From: Candidatus Latescibacterota bacterium
Lineage (GTDB): Bacteria; Latescibacterota; UBA2968; SICM01
Direction: 5' to 3'
DNA length: 64,000 nucleotides
Assembly: GCA_965217865.1 (NCBI GenBank)
Contig: CBDCJO010000002.1
Span: 3,840,001 to 3,904,000, forward strand
Shown here: positions 29,894-39,564 of the stretch, in pieces
How positions within the stretch are numbered: the first letter of the stretch is position 1
Layout of the letters: every line of letters begins with the position of its first letter
Notes under the pieces: generated by a model
What the model saw: the letters and a program-made list of their open reading frames with translations, nothing else
Told to the model about the DNA's origin: nothing
Databases searched by the model: none
Translations under genes and position numbers: made by a program

Positions 29894-30371
29894 ACATCTG
29901 GAATATCAGGAGAAGCTACTGCAGATCGGAGAAGCGATGGGATATGAATGTCGCCCCAGTTTCCGGAAGAGCGCCATGGGGGACGCGGTCTGGCTGGAGT
30001 CCACCAGCGGCAAATACGCCCGGGAGTTGCTCCCGATCGTGGCTTTCAAGGTCCTGTGCTTTGAGACCGGTAAGGAGATCCGGGAGGCCCTTATGACGCT
30101 CCAGGCCATCTCACCCGCACTTGGCGTCCTGGTGGTGATCGAAGAGGAATATGCGCGCCGGGCCAAGGAATTGAAGCGATACGATGCTCATACCTATCCA
30201 AAACATATTCGAAGACTTGCCGAAAAGCTCAAGTCAGGCATGGAATTGATTTTTAGGGTGGAGGTGTGGGGCCAGGAGGACGTGGACCGGCTTCACCGCG
30301 AGTTTGTTGAAGAGATGTTGGCACTCAAGAAGCGGAAGGTCCGGCGGAGGAGAAAGAGAACCAAGAAATAA
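29883..30371 (+). CDS. Hypothetical protein (possible degenerate PD-(D/E)XK-like fold) with a highly basic C-tail
   Basis: ATG at 29883 overlaps the epimerase end; 162 aa; ends KKRKVRRRRKRTKK. Confidence 0.7.
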   Translation: MSPKHLEYQEKLLQIGEAMGYECRPSFRKSAMGDAVWLESTSGKYARELLPIVAFKVLCFETGKEIREALMTLQAISPALGVLVVIEEEYARRAKELKRYDAHTYPKHIRRLAEKLKSGMELIFRVEVWGQEDVDRLHREFVEEMLALKKRKVRRRRKRTKK

Positions 30372-30445
30372 ATTGAAGAATACCGATTGTATATTAGACG
30401 ATTGAATATTAAGGGAGTGAAGTTTTCGAATTCAGGAGTTCCCTT

Positions 30446-31528
30446 ATGGCATCCAGCGTCAAGTTTGTGTTCCTCGGGGCAACTCACCCGCATACGCCGT
30501 GGCATTTAAGGACACTGCAGCTTTTGGATGAAGTGTCTTCGATCGTTTTGTGGGACGAAAGCCGGGAGGCCCTCGAGAGGCTTCAAAAGGACCGTGGGGA
30601 AAAGGTGGAATTGATCACTACGGACCTTGATGAGGCCCTTGGACGGGAGGATGCCGAGTTTGCGTTCGTCGCCTTGAGGAACGATCAAACCCCCGAAGCC
30701 ATCGTTCGGGCTGCCCGTTCGGGAAAACACATTATGTCCGAGAAGCCGGTGGGTATAAATGCAGAACAGGTCTCCCGGGCCCTTGATGAAGTATCAAAGG
30801 CGGGTGTGGCCTTTGGCGTCTGTTATCCCAATCGTTACAACCCGGCTGCACAGGATATCAGACAACACGTCGGAAACGGATTTTTGGGACGCGTGATGGC
30901 GGCGGAAATGCGATTGATCACCTCTCAGGTGAAATTCCGCGACCCCTCGCTCTGGTTGTTCAAACGGGGGCTTGCCGGGGGTGGGATTCTTTCTTGGCTG
31001 GGCTGCCATTATATCGACCTGATCCGCTACATGCTGGACGATGAGATCACCCTGGTATCCGCGATGGTCGGGTCATTGGGCGGGGAGGAGATCGAAGTCG
31101 AAGACGTGGCGTGTCTGTCGATCCGGTTCCGAAAGGGCTCATTGGCGACCCTTCAGTGCGGCTACATGCTTCCGTCCAGCAGAAGCGGTTACACCGGGGC
31201 TTCTTATGACAGCTTCGTGGGGATTCGGGGGACGATGGGTCGGATCATGTGGTCTCCTTTCGAACGGGCGTCCGCCACCCTTCAGATAGAGAGCCTGTCC
31301 CCGGAGTGGAAGGCATCCCCGTTTCGAGAGTTCCATTATCGATTCGAAAAGTCAGAAGCATATGGCGGGATGTACGGCCTGATGTTCATCCGCGACTTTA
31401 TCGCCGCTGCGAAGTCCGGGAAAACCCCTCCGGCCGGGGCGCAGGACGCCTTGCGCGCCATTCAGGTAATCGACGCGGCCTACGAATCCAGCCGCACAGG
31501 GCGGTGGGTGGAGGTCGAAAATTCATAA
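30446..31528 (+). CDS. Gfo/Idh/MocA-family oxidoreductase
   Basis: 'GKHIMSEKP', 'GGGILSWLGCHYID', 'IDAAYES'. Confidence 0.9.
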   Translation: MASSVKFVFLGATHPHTPWHLRTLQLLDEVSSIVLWDESREALERLQKDRGEKVELITTDLDEALGREDAEFAFVALRNDQTPEAIVRAARSGKHIMSEKPVGINAEQVSRALDEVSKAGVAFGVCYPNRYNPAAQDIRQHVGNGFLGRVMAAEMRLITSQVKFRDPSLWLFKRGLAGGGILSWLGCHYIDLIRYMLDDEITLVSAMVGSLGGEEIEVEDVACLSIRFRKGSLATLQCGYMLPSSRSGYTGASYDSFVGIRGTMGRIMWSPFERASATLQIESLSPEWKASPFREFHYRFEKSEAYGGMYGLMFIRDFIAAAKSGKTPPAGAQDALRAIQVIDAAYESSRTGRWVEVENS

Positions 31529-31544
31529 CGTCGATCGAGGTCAA

Positions 31545-34500
31545 ATGAATGCCGTGCCCTACCGCAGCGCGACACCTTCCCGTTTAATCCCCATCGCAAT
31601 ACCCGTTAATCCAAAGATCATCGTAGATGATGTGCCGCTCGAAGAGCTGGAGCGCAGGTTCCGGGACGGCCATCCTGAAACGGTCGCAAAAGTGGCATCG
31701 ACCCTGAACTTTGCGGATGGCTTTATCTCGGGCGGGCTAAAGGGGGGGTTCAAGATGATCCCGGGGAGAGAGCCCCGGGGGATCCATTCGTGTGCCTGTC
31801 CCATCCATCCCTTGGCGGTTCGATTCGGCGTGGGTTTCTCGTGGTACCTTAAAGACCCGTGGAGGCTCACCTGTCCCCTTTGCAAAGAGGAAGGACGGAC
31901 GTATCCGTTCTATCCCAATCCGAGGTATCCCGACGACGGGGAGGGATGTCGCCCCTCGGAGGAAGTATGGCGGGAGGATCACGGATCGGATTGGAACTGG
32001 GAAGGGGTGGTAGGAGGCCGTTTTGGTCCTGCAGACGCTTTCTATTTTCAGGGGTTGTGCGCTGCAAACTTGTGGTTTGCCCTTTGCGGGGATGTTCTTC
32101 CGAAATTGGGAGCCGCCACTCACTATGCGAGGCGATTGGAGGCGGACGCTGTCGGGAAGGCGGGGGATTTTGCACAGCAGGCCAAACGACTGATGGTCAC
32201 GCTTTCCCGGGCTGTCTTCGGAGATTCCTACCTGAGCGCGATCCTCGACGTTTCTCACGAGACGTTTCGAGATCGCCTCGCATCCTTTTACGGGGTGACG
32301 GGAAGGGGTCGGAGGATCCGACGATTTGCGGGTTATCGACTTTCGACGATCGACGACTGTATCGACGGGGAACCGGGCAGGTCCCTGGAAGAATCGAGAT
32401 ACCGGGCATCGGCCAACCGGTTCCCCGGGTTGTTGAAAGACAGGATCGACGCTGCCCGCGGGTTGGCTTCCGCTTACTGTATGATTGCGGGGAGTTTCAC
32501 CGAGCCGGAGTCCGAGACCGGGATGCGGGATATCGCGGAGCGTCTGGTGACTTCGTCCGAGGGAGATGCGGAGCAGCTCAGAAAAGGAAGGCGAGCGCAG
32601 GTTTTGAAACGCGGCATTCTGGATTACGCCCTCGATTCCTCCCCTCTGATGGGTGGACCTGATCACCCGGATGATTCAACACATGAACTTCCTGTGGATC
32701 TGGGTATTCTGCTGGACAACCAAAAACTGATCGAACACGTCGCCGAACAGGTGGTCGCGGGTCTCAGGAATTCCCTCACGGGTGATGGTTTGGGAATGGA
32801 GGGTTCTCCTTTCCACACGATCTCCTCCTTGAGTTGTCTGTACTCCGCAGCCCGCCTGCAAGGCCTTTCGGGAAATTTTAAACGAGGGGCTTTCTATGTC
32901 GAAGATGAGACCGGAAACCTTGATCTTTTTGGCCCTCCATTGATCCGGGACACATTATCGAAATTTCTCCGATGTGCCTTTCCAGACGGGCGGTTGATCC
33001 CGTGGGGGGAAACGCCGATCGGGACTGAAGTGCCGGTCTCCTTTTTTGAATTGATCGATCGTTACGACGGGCATCTCCCTGCGGCTTGCTCCGAACGATT
33101 CAGGGTTGGGGCAAATGGACAACTGGAGCTTATCAGGCCCCTGACGACTCCTACATGCCTGCTTCACGAGGCGCGGAAGGCCCTTCTCCGGAGCGGGGAA
33201 GGCGAAGCGCATCGGTTGGTTTCTCTCGATTACCTGGGCGGCGGCGGGGGCAACCACCCTGTCCTTAACCTGACGGTATACGCCAAAGGCCACGAACTGG
33301 TCACGGATCCAGGGTCCCCGGGATCCGCCGGATCTATGAACCGGGATTGGATGGGGACTCCCCCGGCGCATAATACCCTGGTGCTCAGGCGAGAGACCGG
33401 AGAGGGGGTTTCGGATCGGTTGAAGGGAGATCTTCTAGGGTTTTTCAAGGACTTGCCCGGGATCAAAGCGGCGGATGTCGCCGTGCTCGATCCCGTGGAA
33501 TTGGATGACGCAGCAGGTGAAGGGGGATCTTACGGGCGCACCGTGGCCATGGTCGGGGTGGACGAAAAAGAGAGTTATATTCTGGACATCTTCCGCGCGA
33601 GAGGCGGCGGGGTCCAGGATCTCTTTTTTCACGGGGGTGGACGGAGCTTCGAGGTCAAGGGAGTGGATTTGATTCCACACGCGGATCCGAACGAAGACCT
33701 TTATACCTACAGCGGATTCTCTTTTGCTTGCAGCGACGTGTGGGGGGAGAAGAACGTGAAGAACCTGCAGGTGGGGGCCCCGTCGGGACCGTGGACCGCC
33801 ACCTGGGGGGTGGTTCCCGAATGGTCCTCGCGCCTGGACCCTCCGGAGGTGGACTCGCAGGTATTCCTGAAGTGGCACTTTATGGACCAGGGGGGATCGG
33901 AGATGATTGCGGGGGACGCGCCCGGACAACGATGGGAGGATAACCGCGACGTGGGCGAGCGGATGAGGCTGGTCTGCGTGCGGCGGGTGAAGACGGATGT
34001 CCTTCAAAACTACGTCTCTGTGATCGAGCCATACCGAAAGAGGCCATTTATCCGTCGGGTGGAGCGCCTCCGGGTTCAACCCGAACAGGACTCGGCTGTC
34101 GCCCTGAAGGTGGTGTTGCCGGACAGGACGGACTACATCCTGAGTGTTCGACAGGAGGAGGAACCGGTTACGTTCCGGGTGGAGGAGGGGGGACACCAGA
34201 TCTCCTCCGACGGTGAACTGGCCGTGGCCTCCTTCGGGCCCGAAAGGCTGGAATCTCTTATTGTCATCGCCGGAACCCACGCGGAATCGGATGGGATCTC
34301 CGTGCTCCCCACACGAACGCGAAAAGGGAAATTGATCGATTTCGATGATGTTGAGAAGACCCTCGTTGTCAAAACCGGGGATCCTCTCCCCACGGACGGA
34401 AGCCTCCGAGGAGAGGTGATCCAGGTGGTGCACCAGGCGTCCCGCTCGAGTTTCACGATTGACGGTCTTCGACTCGCCGGGGAAGATCGGTATGAAATCG

Positions 34501-34847
34501 CTCTGGCAGATTCTCCCCATCTCGTAGTCAATTATCTTCGCGTGATCGAAGTAGAACCGGATGGCGTTTGGGTGGAGACCCCACCCGTACTGCCAAACCA
34601 GGCGAAGGACCTGCTGATCTACAAGGTGCTCCGGGATGGCTCGTTGAGCTACCTGGACCACTGGAGGGGGGCCGTGTCGGAAGATGTGCACGATGAGTGG
34701 GGATGCTTCGTTCGGAAGAGGCACCGGATCGACTTAAAAGTCGCCGAATCCGTTACCCCCGGGGATCAGATCGGACTGTCATTGTTGGATCCGGGACGAG
34801 ATCGATTCACCCTGACCGGTTCGGGGTTTTGGAAAATTGAAGATTGA
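31545..34847 (+). CDS. Large heparinase II/III-like family protein
   Basis: 1100 aa; 'DGLGMEGSP', 'FPDGRLIPWG', 'LNLTVYAKG.ELVTDPG', 'AHNTLV', 'YILDIFR'. Confidence 0.7.
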   Translation: MNAVPYRSATPSRLIPIAIPVNPKIIVDDVPLEELERRFRDGHPETVAKVASTLNFADGFISGGLKGGFKMIPGREPRGIHSCACPIHPLAVRFGVGFSWYLKDPWRLTCPLCKEEGRTYPFYPNPRYPDDGEGCRPSEEVWREDHGSDWNWEGVVGGRFGPADAFYFQGLCAANLWFALCGDVLPKLGAATHYARRLEADAVGKAGDFAQQAKRLMVTLSRAVFGDSYLSAILDVSHETFRDRLASFYGVTGRGRRIRRFAGYRLSTIDDCIDGEPGRSLEESRYRASANRFPGLLKDRIDAARGLASAYCMIAGSFTEPESETGMRDIAERLVTSSEGDAEQLRKGRRAQVLKRGILDYALDSSPLMGGPDHPDDSTHELPVDLGILLDNQKLIEHVAEQVVAGLRNSLTGDGLGMEGSPFHTISSLSCLYSAARLQGLSGNFKRGAFYVEDETGNLDLFGPPLIRDTLSKFLRCAFPDGRLIPWGETPIGTEVPVSFFELIDRYDGHLPAACSERFRVGANGQLELIRPLTTPTCLLHEARKALLRSGEGEAHRLVSLDYLGGGGGNHPVLNLTVYAKGHELVTDPGSPGSAGSMNRDWMGTPPAHNTLVLRRETGEGVSDRLKGDLLGFFKDLPGIKAADVAVLDPVELDDAAGEGGSYGRTVAMVGVDEKESYILDIFRARGGGVQDLFFHGGGRSFEVKGVDLIPHADPNEDLYTYSGFSFACSDVWGEKNVKNLQVGAPSGPWTATWGVVPEWSSRLDPPEVDSQVFLKWHFMDQGGSEMIAGDAPGQRWEDNRDVGERMRLVCVRRVKTDVLQNYVSVIEPYRKRPFIRRVERLRVQPEQDSAVALKVVLPDRTDYILSVRQEEEPVTFRVEEGGHQISSDGELAVASFGPERLESLIVIAGTHAESDGISVLPTRTRKGKLIDFDDVEKTLVVKTGDPLPTDGSLRGEVIQVVHQASRSSFTIDGLRLAGEDRYEIALADSPHLVVNYLRVIEVEPDGVWVETPPVLPNQAKDLLIYKVLRDGSLSYLDHWRGAVSEDVHDEWGCFVRKRHRIDLKVAESVTPGDQIGLSLLDPGRDRFTLTGSGFWKIED

Positions 34848-34901
34848 AGATCGGAGAAACGCTAGACTTCGTCTAATTTTTATAATTGAGGAGACAGGAG
34901 G

Positions 34902-35003
34902 ATCGACTGCGGTGGTCCGCGCCGACCCCTGTTGCCTCTGGACAAAAAGGCCGAGGCTTCTCTCAAAAAGGAACTGGAGGAGATCGGATTTTTTAACTGG
35001 TAG
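34902..35003 (+). pseudogene. 3' remnant of a DHDPS/N-acetylneuraminate-lyase family gene
   Basis: Reads IDCGGPRRPLLPLDKKAEASLKKELEEIGFFNW*, like the NAL/DHDPS C-terminus. No start codon, and an in-frame TGA at 34887. Confidence 0.55.
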
Positions 35004-35073
35004 ACGCAGGACCATACGCTTAGAGGTGGGAGCAAGGAAAATCCTGAGTTTGTCCGAAGGCTTAATAAACTGA

Positions 35074-36141
35074 ATGTCGTGGGATCAAGTCGATAACCTC
35101 ATCCGAAAGGCGATCGAGGACAGGGCTTTTCCGGGCGCTGTCTACCTCGTGGCCGACCGCGACGGGGTCCTGGTGGAGCGGGGTTTTGGCCGGCAGACCT
35201 ATGACCTCCAGGCGTCCCCCATTCGGTCCGATGCGCTGTACGATCTTGCATCCCTGACGAAGGTGATTGTCACGACGACCCTGGCGATGATCGCGTATGA
35301 TCGGAGTCTGTTTGTCCTGGATGATCCGGTCGTCCGGTACGTGCCGGAATTCGCAGGGGGAGGACGTGAACAGATCACCGTCCGTCATCTCCTCACCCAC
35401 AGCAGCGGTCTTCGGTATTGGACCCCGCTGTACGAAACCTGCCGGTCGAAGGACGAGGTCCTCAGGGCCATATGTCGCATCGAGCCGGAGCCCCCGGCAG
35501 GAAAGGGGGTGGTCTACAGCGATCTGGGGATCATCCTGCTCGGGGCTATTCTGGAGCGTCTCTGGAGCCTCGGCATAGACTTGATTGCACGAAGGGAGGT
35601 ACTGGACCCTCTGGGGATGATGGATACGTTGTATTGCCCGCCGGCGCTTCTCCGCGGCCGCATCCCCCCCACTGAGGTCCGAACCGCTTGGAAGCCCGGG
35701 CTTGTTCACGGGGAAGTCCACGACGAGAATGCGGCCGCGATGGGCGGGGCCGCCCCCCACGCAGGCCTTTTTGGGACCGCCCGGGACATGGGGACGTTCG
35801 GGTGCATGATTTTGAACGGGGGTGTCCACGAAGGCCGTCGTTTGATCGCGGAGAAGACCGTAGGTATTTTCTCCCGCCGGGCTGACCTGGTTCCGGGGAG
35901 CAGCCGTGCCCTGGGTTGGGATACGCGTCAAAACCCCGGCTCGTCCGCCGGGGTTCGTTTTTCTTCCAGGTCATTCGGCCACACCGGATTCACGGGGACC
36001 ACCCTATGGGTCGATCCAGATCGTTCTATCATCGCCGTACTTTTGACGAACCGTGTTCATCCGACTCGGGAAAACAGGAAGATTCTCGAGGTACGACCTG
36101 CTTTCCACGATGCCGTCGCCGACGCAGTGGATCAAAGATAG
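35074..36141 (+). CDS. Serine hydrolase, beta-lactamase family
   Basis: SxxK 'ASLTK', 'LLTHSSGL', 'YSDLG', 'GHTGFTGT', 'LTNRVHP'. Confidence 0.92.
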   Translation: MSWDQVDNLIRKAIEDRAFPGAVYLVADRDGVLVERGFGRQTYDLQASPIRSDALYDLASLTKVIVTTTLAMIAYDRSLFVLDDPVVRYVPEFAGGGREQITVRHLLTHSSGLRYWTPLYETCRSKDEVLRAICRIEPEPPAGKGVVYSDLGIILLGAILERLWSLGIDLIARREVLDPLGMMDTLYCPPALLRGRIPPTEVRTAWKPGLVHGEVHDENAAAMGGAAPHAGLFGTARDMGTFGCMILNGGVHEGRRLIAEKTVGIFSRRADLVPGSSRALGWDTRQNPGSSAGVRFSSRSFGHTGFTGTTLWVDPDRSIIAVLLTNRVHPTRENRKILEVRPAFHDAVADAVDQR

Positions 36142-36192
36142 TTCCACGTTCCAGGTCCCAGGAACTGTTGGGGTGAAAAGGGATGGTGTTTT

Positions 36193-37341
36193 ATGATCAA
36201 GTCCAGGTTGGTAGCCCCGGGTCCTACCCCGATTCCCGAACGGGTCCAGCAGGCCATGGCCCGGCCGATCGTTTATCACCGAGGGGAAGAGATCACCCCC
36301 CTGCTTCACGATATAAACGATGGGCTCAGGGGTGTTTTCCCTTCATGCGGGGATATCCTGCTGTTCGCGGCATCCGGCACGGGTGTGATGGAGGCCGCTG
36401 TAGTCAACCTGGTAAACCCCGGGGACCGGGTCCTTGTGATTCACGCGGGGAGGTTCGGCGAGCGATGGGTCGAGGTCTGCAGGGCATTCGGGATTGATGC
36501 GGTTTCACTCGATCTTGCGTGGGGAGAGTCAATCGATCCAGACCAGGTTGCGGATCGACTCGAAACCGACCCGTCGATCCGTGCGGTCTTCGCCACTCAG
36601 AGTGAGACCTCAACGGGGGGGTGGCACGACCTGGAGGGAATCGGGAAGGTCGTTAAGGATTTTCAAGCGTTGTTCATTGCGGACGCGATATCCAGCATAG
36701 GGGCGCATTCTCTTCCCACAGAGGCGTGGAGTGTCGATTGTGTGGTGACGGCCTCGCAGAAGGGATTGATGACCCCGCCGGGCGTGGGGATCGTGAACCT
36801 TGGACGTCGCGCCTGGGAGGCCGTCGAGCGCTCATCCACCCCCAAGTATTACTGGAGTTTTGTCCGGATGAAAGGGGCGCTTGAAAAGCGGGGCAGCACC
36901 CCGGCGACCCCGGCGACCACCCTGTTGATGGGCCTTCGTGAAGCCCTGAATATGATTCACGAAGAGGGTGTTGAAAATGTCTGGAGGCGGCACGCCAGGC
37001 ACGCCGCGGCGATCCGGGCAGGCGTCGTTGCTGTGGGCCTCAAAGTCTTCCCGGAAAACCCTTCCAACGCCCTCACCGGGGTCCTCCTGCCGGATGGGAT
37101 GGATGGGGTGGCCCTGGCAAAGCAGATGAAATCCCGTTACGGGATCGTGGTCGGGGGGGGGTTGGGCAACCTGGCCGGAAAGCTGATCCGGCTGTCCAAC
37201 CTGGGTTATATGGACGACTTGGATGTGGTTTCGACGATTTCGGCGCTTGAGATGTCCTTGAGGGATGTTGGCTGGCACCAGGAAGGCGGGCTTGGTGTGG
37301 CGGCGGCTCAGGGGGTCTTGTGCGGTTCCGACCTTTGTTGA
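36193..37341 (+). CDS. Class V PLP aminotransferase (serine/alanine-glyoxylate type)
   Basis: 'PGPTP', 'ASGTGVMEAA', 'SETSTG', 'ASQKGLMTPPG'. Confidence 0.92.
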   Translation: MIKSRLVAPGPTPIPERVQQAMARPIVYHRGEEITPLLHDINDGLRGVFPSCGDILLFAASGTGVMEAAVVNLVNPGDRVLVIHAGRFGERWVEVCRAFGIDAVSLDLAWGESIDPDQVADRLETDPSIRAVFATQSETSTGGWHDLEGIGKVVKDFQALFIADAISSIGAHSLPTEAWSVDCVVTASQKGLMTPPGVGIVNLGRRAWEAVERSSTPKYYWSFVRMKGALEKRGSTPATPATTLLMGLREALNMIHEEGVENVWRRHARHAAAIRAGVVAVGLKVFPENPSNALTGVLLPDGMDGVALAKQMKSRYGIVVGGGLGNLAGKLIRLSNLGYMDDLDVVSTISALEMSLRDVGWHQEGGLGVAAAQGVLCGSDLC

Positions 37342-37444
37342 ATTCGCCAGAAGGAATCGTCAGTCGATCCATAGCAAGCAGCGCCCTTGATGGGAGGAAA
37401 GAATTGACTTGATTTGGGGAGGCGGATTGGTTTACATTAATCAA

Positions 37445-37477
37445 CGGCAGGGCGAAATTCGGCCCTGCCGAATTTTT
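37445..37477 (+). terminator. GC-rich hairpin plus U tract between the aminotransferase gene and purA (terminator or 5' stabiliser)
   Basis: CGGCAGGGC-gaaattcg-GCCCTGCCG-AATTTTT. Confidence 0.5.
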
Positions 37478-37529
37478 GTGCGAGCGCAGGTAGCCGATTC
37501 ACCCCGAATGTGTAAAAGGAACCCTTCTT

Positions 37530-38825
37530 ATGTCCGTGCGTATCGTGTTGGGAACACAATGGGGGGATGAGGGTAAGGCCAAGGTGGTCGATTACCTGAC
37601 CAAAGAAGCCGACATCGTCGTCCGTTTTCAGGGGGGCGCCAACGCCGGCCACACGGTGGTCGTGAACGGCGAACAGTTCATCTTCCATCTCCTTCCCGCG
37701 GGTATTATACACCCGGATAAAATATGTGTGATCGGAAACGGGGTGGTGATCGACCCGGAGGCCATGCTCTCGGAGATTAAAGAACTCGAGGATCGGGGAA
37801 TTTCGATCGAAGGTCGTCTTTTTATCAGCCAGAACGCCCATCTTGTCATGCCGTATCACAAGGTCCTTGAGCAGATGGAGGAGGCGATCCGAGCGGAAGA
37901 TTCCGAAGGTGCCGGTCGCATCGGGACCACGGGAAGAGGGATCGGTCCGTGTTACAGGGATAAGGTTAACCGGACCACGGGGATCCGGATCGTGGACCTG
38001 CTTGACCGGGATACCCTACGGGAAAAGCTCCGTTTCAACATAAGGGAAAAGAATGAAATTTTGAAGAAGGTTTACGATCACGAGGAGATCGACGAGGAGA
38101 GGATCATCTCAGATTATCTTGATTTCGACAAACGGATCGACCCCTATGTCAAGGATGTTTCGGTCTTCCTGAACGAAGCGATCGATTCAGGAAAGCGGAT
38201 TCTATTCGAAGGGGCGCAGGGGACGCTCCTGGATGTGGACCACGGGACGTATCCTTTTGTAACTTCATCCAATACGGTTGCGGGTATGGCCTGTACCGGG
38301 ACCGGGGTGGGCCCAACCCGGATAGACACCGTGATCGGCGTGACCAAGGCCTACACAACTCGTGTCGGCTACGGCCCGTTTCCCACCGAACTGACCGATA
38401 GCGTGGGGGATCGAATCCGCGAGGTCGGTCAGGAGTTCGGAGCCACGACCGGTCGTCCCCGTCGGTGCGGGTGGTTTGACGCGGTCATCGTCCGTTTTTC
38501 CGCGCGGGTGAACGGTTTGAGCAGCCTGGCCGTCAGCCGATTGGACGTCCTGGACAGCATGGAACATCTGAAGATCTGTACGGCCTACCGGTGCGGTGGG
38601 AAGGTCCTTCAACATTTTCCAAACGATGTTCGTATTCTGGAGCAGTGTGAACCCATCTATGAATCTTTCGAAGGCTGGTGCGCTTCCACGAATAAGGTTC
38701 GGAAGTTTAAGGATCTTCCTGAAAAGGCCAGGATTTACCTCAATCGTATCAGAGAACTGACAAAGACCCCGATTTCATTGATTTCCGTCGGACCGGATCG
38801 GGAGGAGACTATATTCGTAGAGTAA
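37530..38825 (+). CDS. purA: Adenylosuccinate synthetase
   Basis: 'QWGDEGKAK', 'GGANAGHT', 'EGAQGTLLD', 'GATTGRPRRCGW'. Confidence 0.98.
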   Translation: MSVRIVLGTQWGDEGKAKVVDYLTKEADIVVRFQGGANAGHTVVVNGEQFIFHLLPAGIIHPDKICVIGNGVVIDPEAMLSEIKELEDRGISIEGRLFISQNAHLVMPYHKVLEQMEEAIRAEDSEGAGRIGTTGRGIGPCYRDKVNRTTGIRIVDLLDRDTLREKLRFNIREKNEILKKVYDHEEIDEERIISDYLDFDKRIDPYVKDVSVFLNEAIDSGKRILFEGAQGTLLDVDHGTYPFVTSSNTVAGMACTGTGVGPTRIDTVIGVTKAYTTRVGYGPFPTELTDSVGDRIREVGQEFGATTGRPRRCGWFDAVIVRFSARVNGLSSLAVSRLDVLDSMEHLKICTAYRCGGKVLQHFPNDVRILEQCEPIYESFEGWCASTNKVRKFKDLPEKARIYLNRIRELTKTPISLISVGPDREETIFVE

Positions 38826-38951
38826 TGATCCGATGGGGCATCGCAGTCCCACCGCGGTGCTAAAGAAAACGACATCATATTATTTTTAAATAATTTAAGA
38901 TGATTTATCGTGACCGTGACCCGGTTTTTATTGAGTAGACACAAAAATACC

Positions 38952-38980
38952 TTGACGTTTACGTTAAAGTAATATATATT
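38952..38980 (+). promoter_or_regulatory. Sigma70 promoter with overlapping palindromic MerR-type operator
   Basis: TTGACG-17 nt-TATATT; dyad TTGACGT-TT-ACGTTAA. Confidence 0.65.
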
Positions 38981-39031
38981 GTTAATAACACGCTCCAATT
39001 GACCATAAGGGTGCTTTTCCCAGGGTGAAAC

Positions 39032-39505
39032 ATGAAAACCGTTCAACTGATGAATATCGGGGATGCTGCCAAAAAGGCTGGTGTCAGTCAGAGATGTCTA
39101 CGGTATTATGAAGAATTGGGTATCCTGGCACCGCAAGATAGAACTTCGGGGGGTTACCGTCTCTATTCAGAAAACCAACTTAACAAACTCCAAATGATCG
39201 ACGGCCTGAAGTCTCTGGGATTTCCTCTGGCACAAATCCGAAATATTCTGACGGTCAACGAAGGGGCCCCCATCGGGTCTGAAAAGGCCTCTCGGGTCCT
39301 GCAGCTCCTCAATCAGCAACTTGCGCAGATTGAGGATAAGATCGCACTTTATCATCTTCTGAAGGGATCACTGGTCTCGGCAATTGAAATCATGAAAATG
39401 AATTGTTTGAAATGTAACAAAAATATGCTCACCGAGAGGTGTCAGGATTGTGACGTCATCACGGGATGTAAAGAGTTGCCTCTCCCGATGTCCCTTCTGA
39501 CCTGA
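39032..39505 (+). CDS. MerR-family transcriptional regulator with Cys-rich C-terminus
   Basis: 'IGDAAKKAGVSQRCLRYYEELGIL...GGYRLYS'; C-terminal CxxC...CxxC...C. Confidence 0.92.
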   Translation: MKTVQLMNIGDAAKKAGVSQRCLRYYEELGILAPQDRTSGGYRLYSENQLNKLQMIDGLKSLGFPLAQIRNILTVNEGAPIGSEKASRVLQLLNQQLAQIEDKIALYHLLKGSLVSAIEIMKMNCLKCNKNMLTERCQDCDVITGCKELPLPMSLLT

Positions 39506-39564
39506 ACAACCGAGCTTCAATTTTATCCTTATCACCTTTGAAATCCGGATGGGGGTGTTCGACC

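Noticed and set aside
37445-37520. GGCAGGGCGAAATTC upstream of purA resembles the FMN riboswitch 5' motif
   Set aside because: The downstream conserved FMN elements are missing, and the segment simply pairs with GCCCTGCCG as a plain hairpin.
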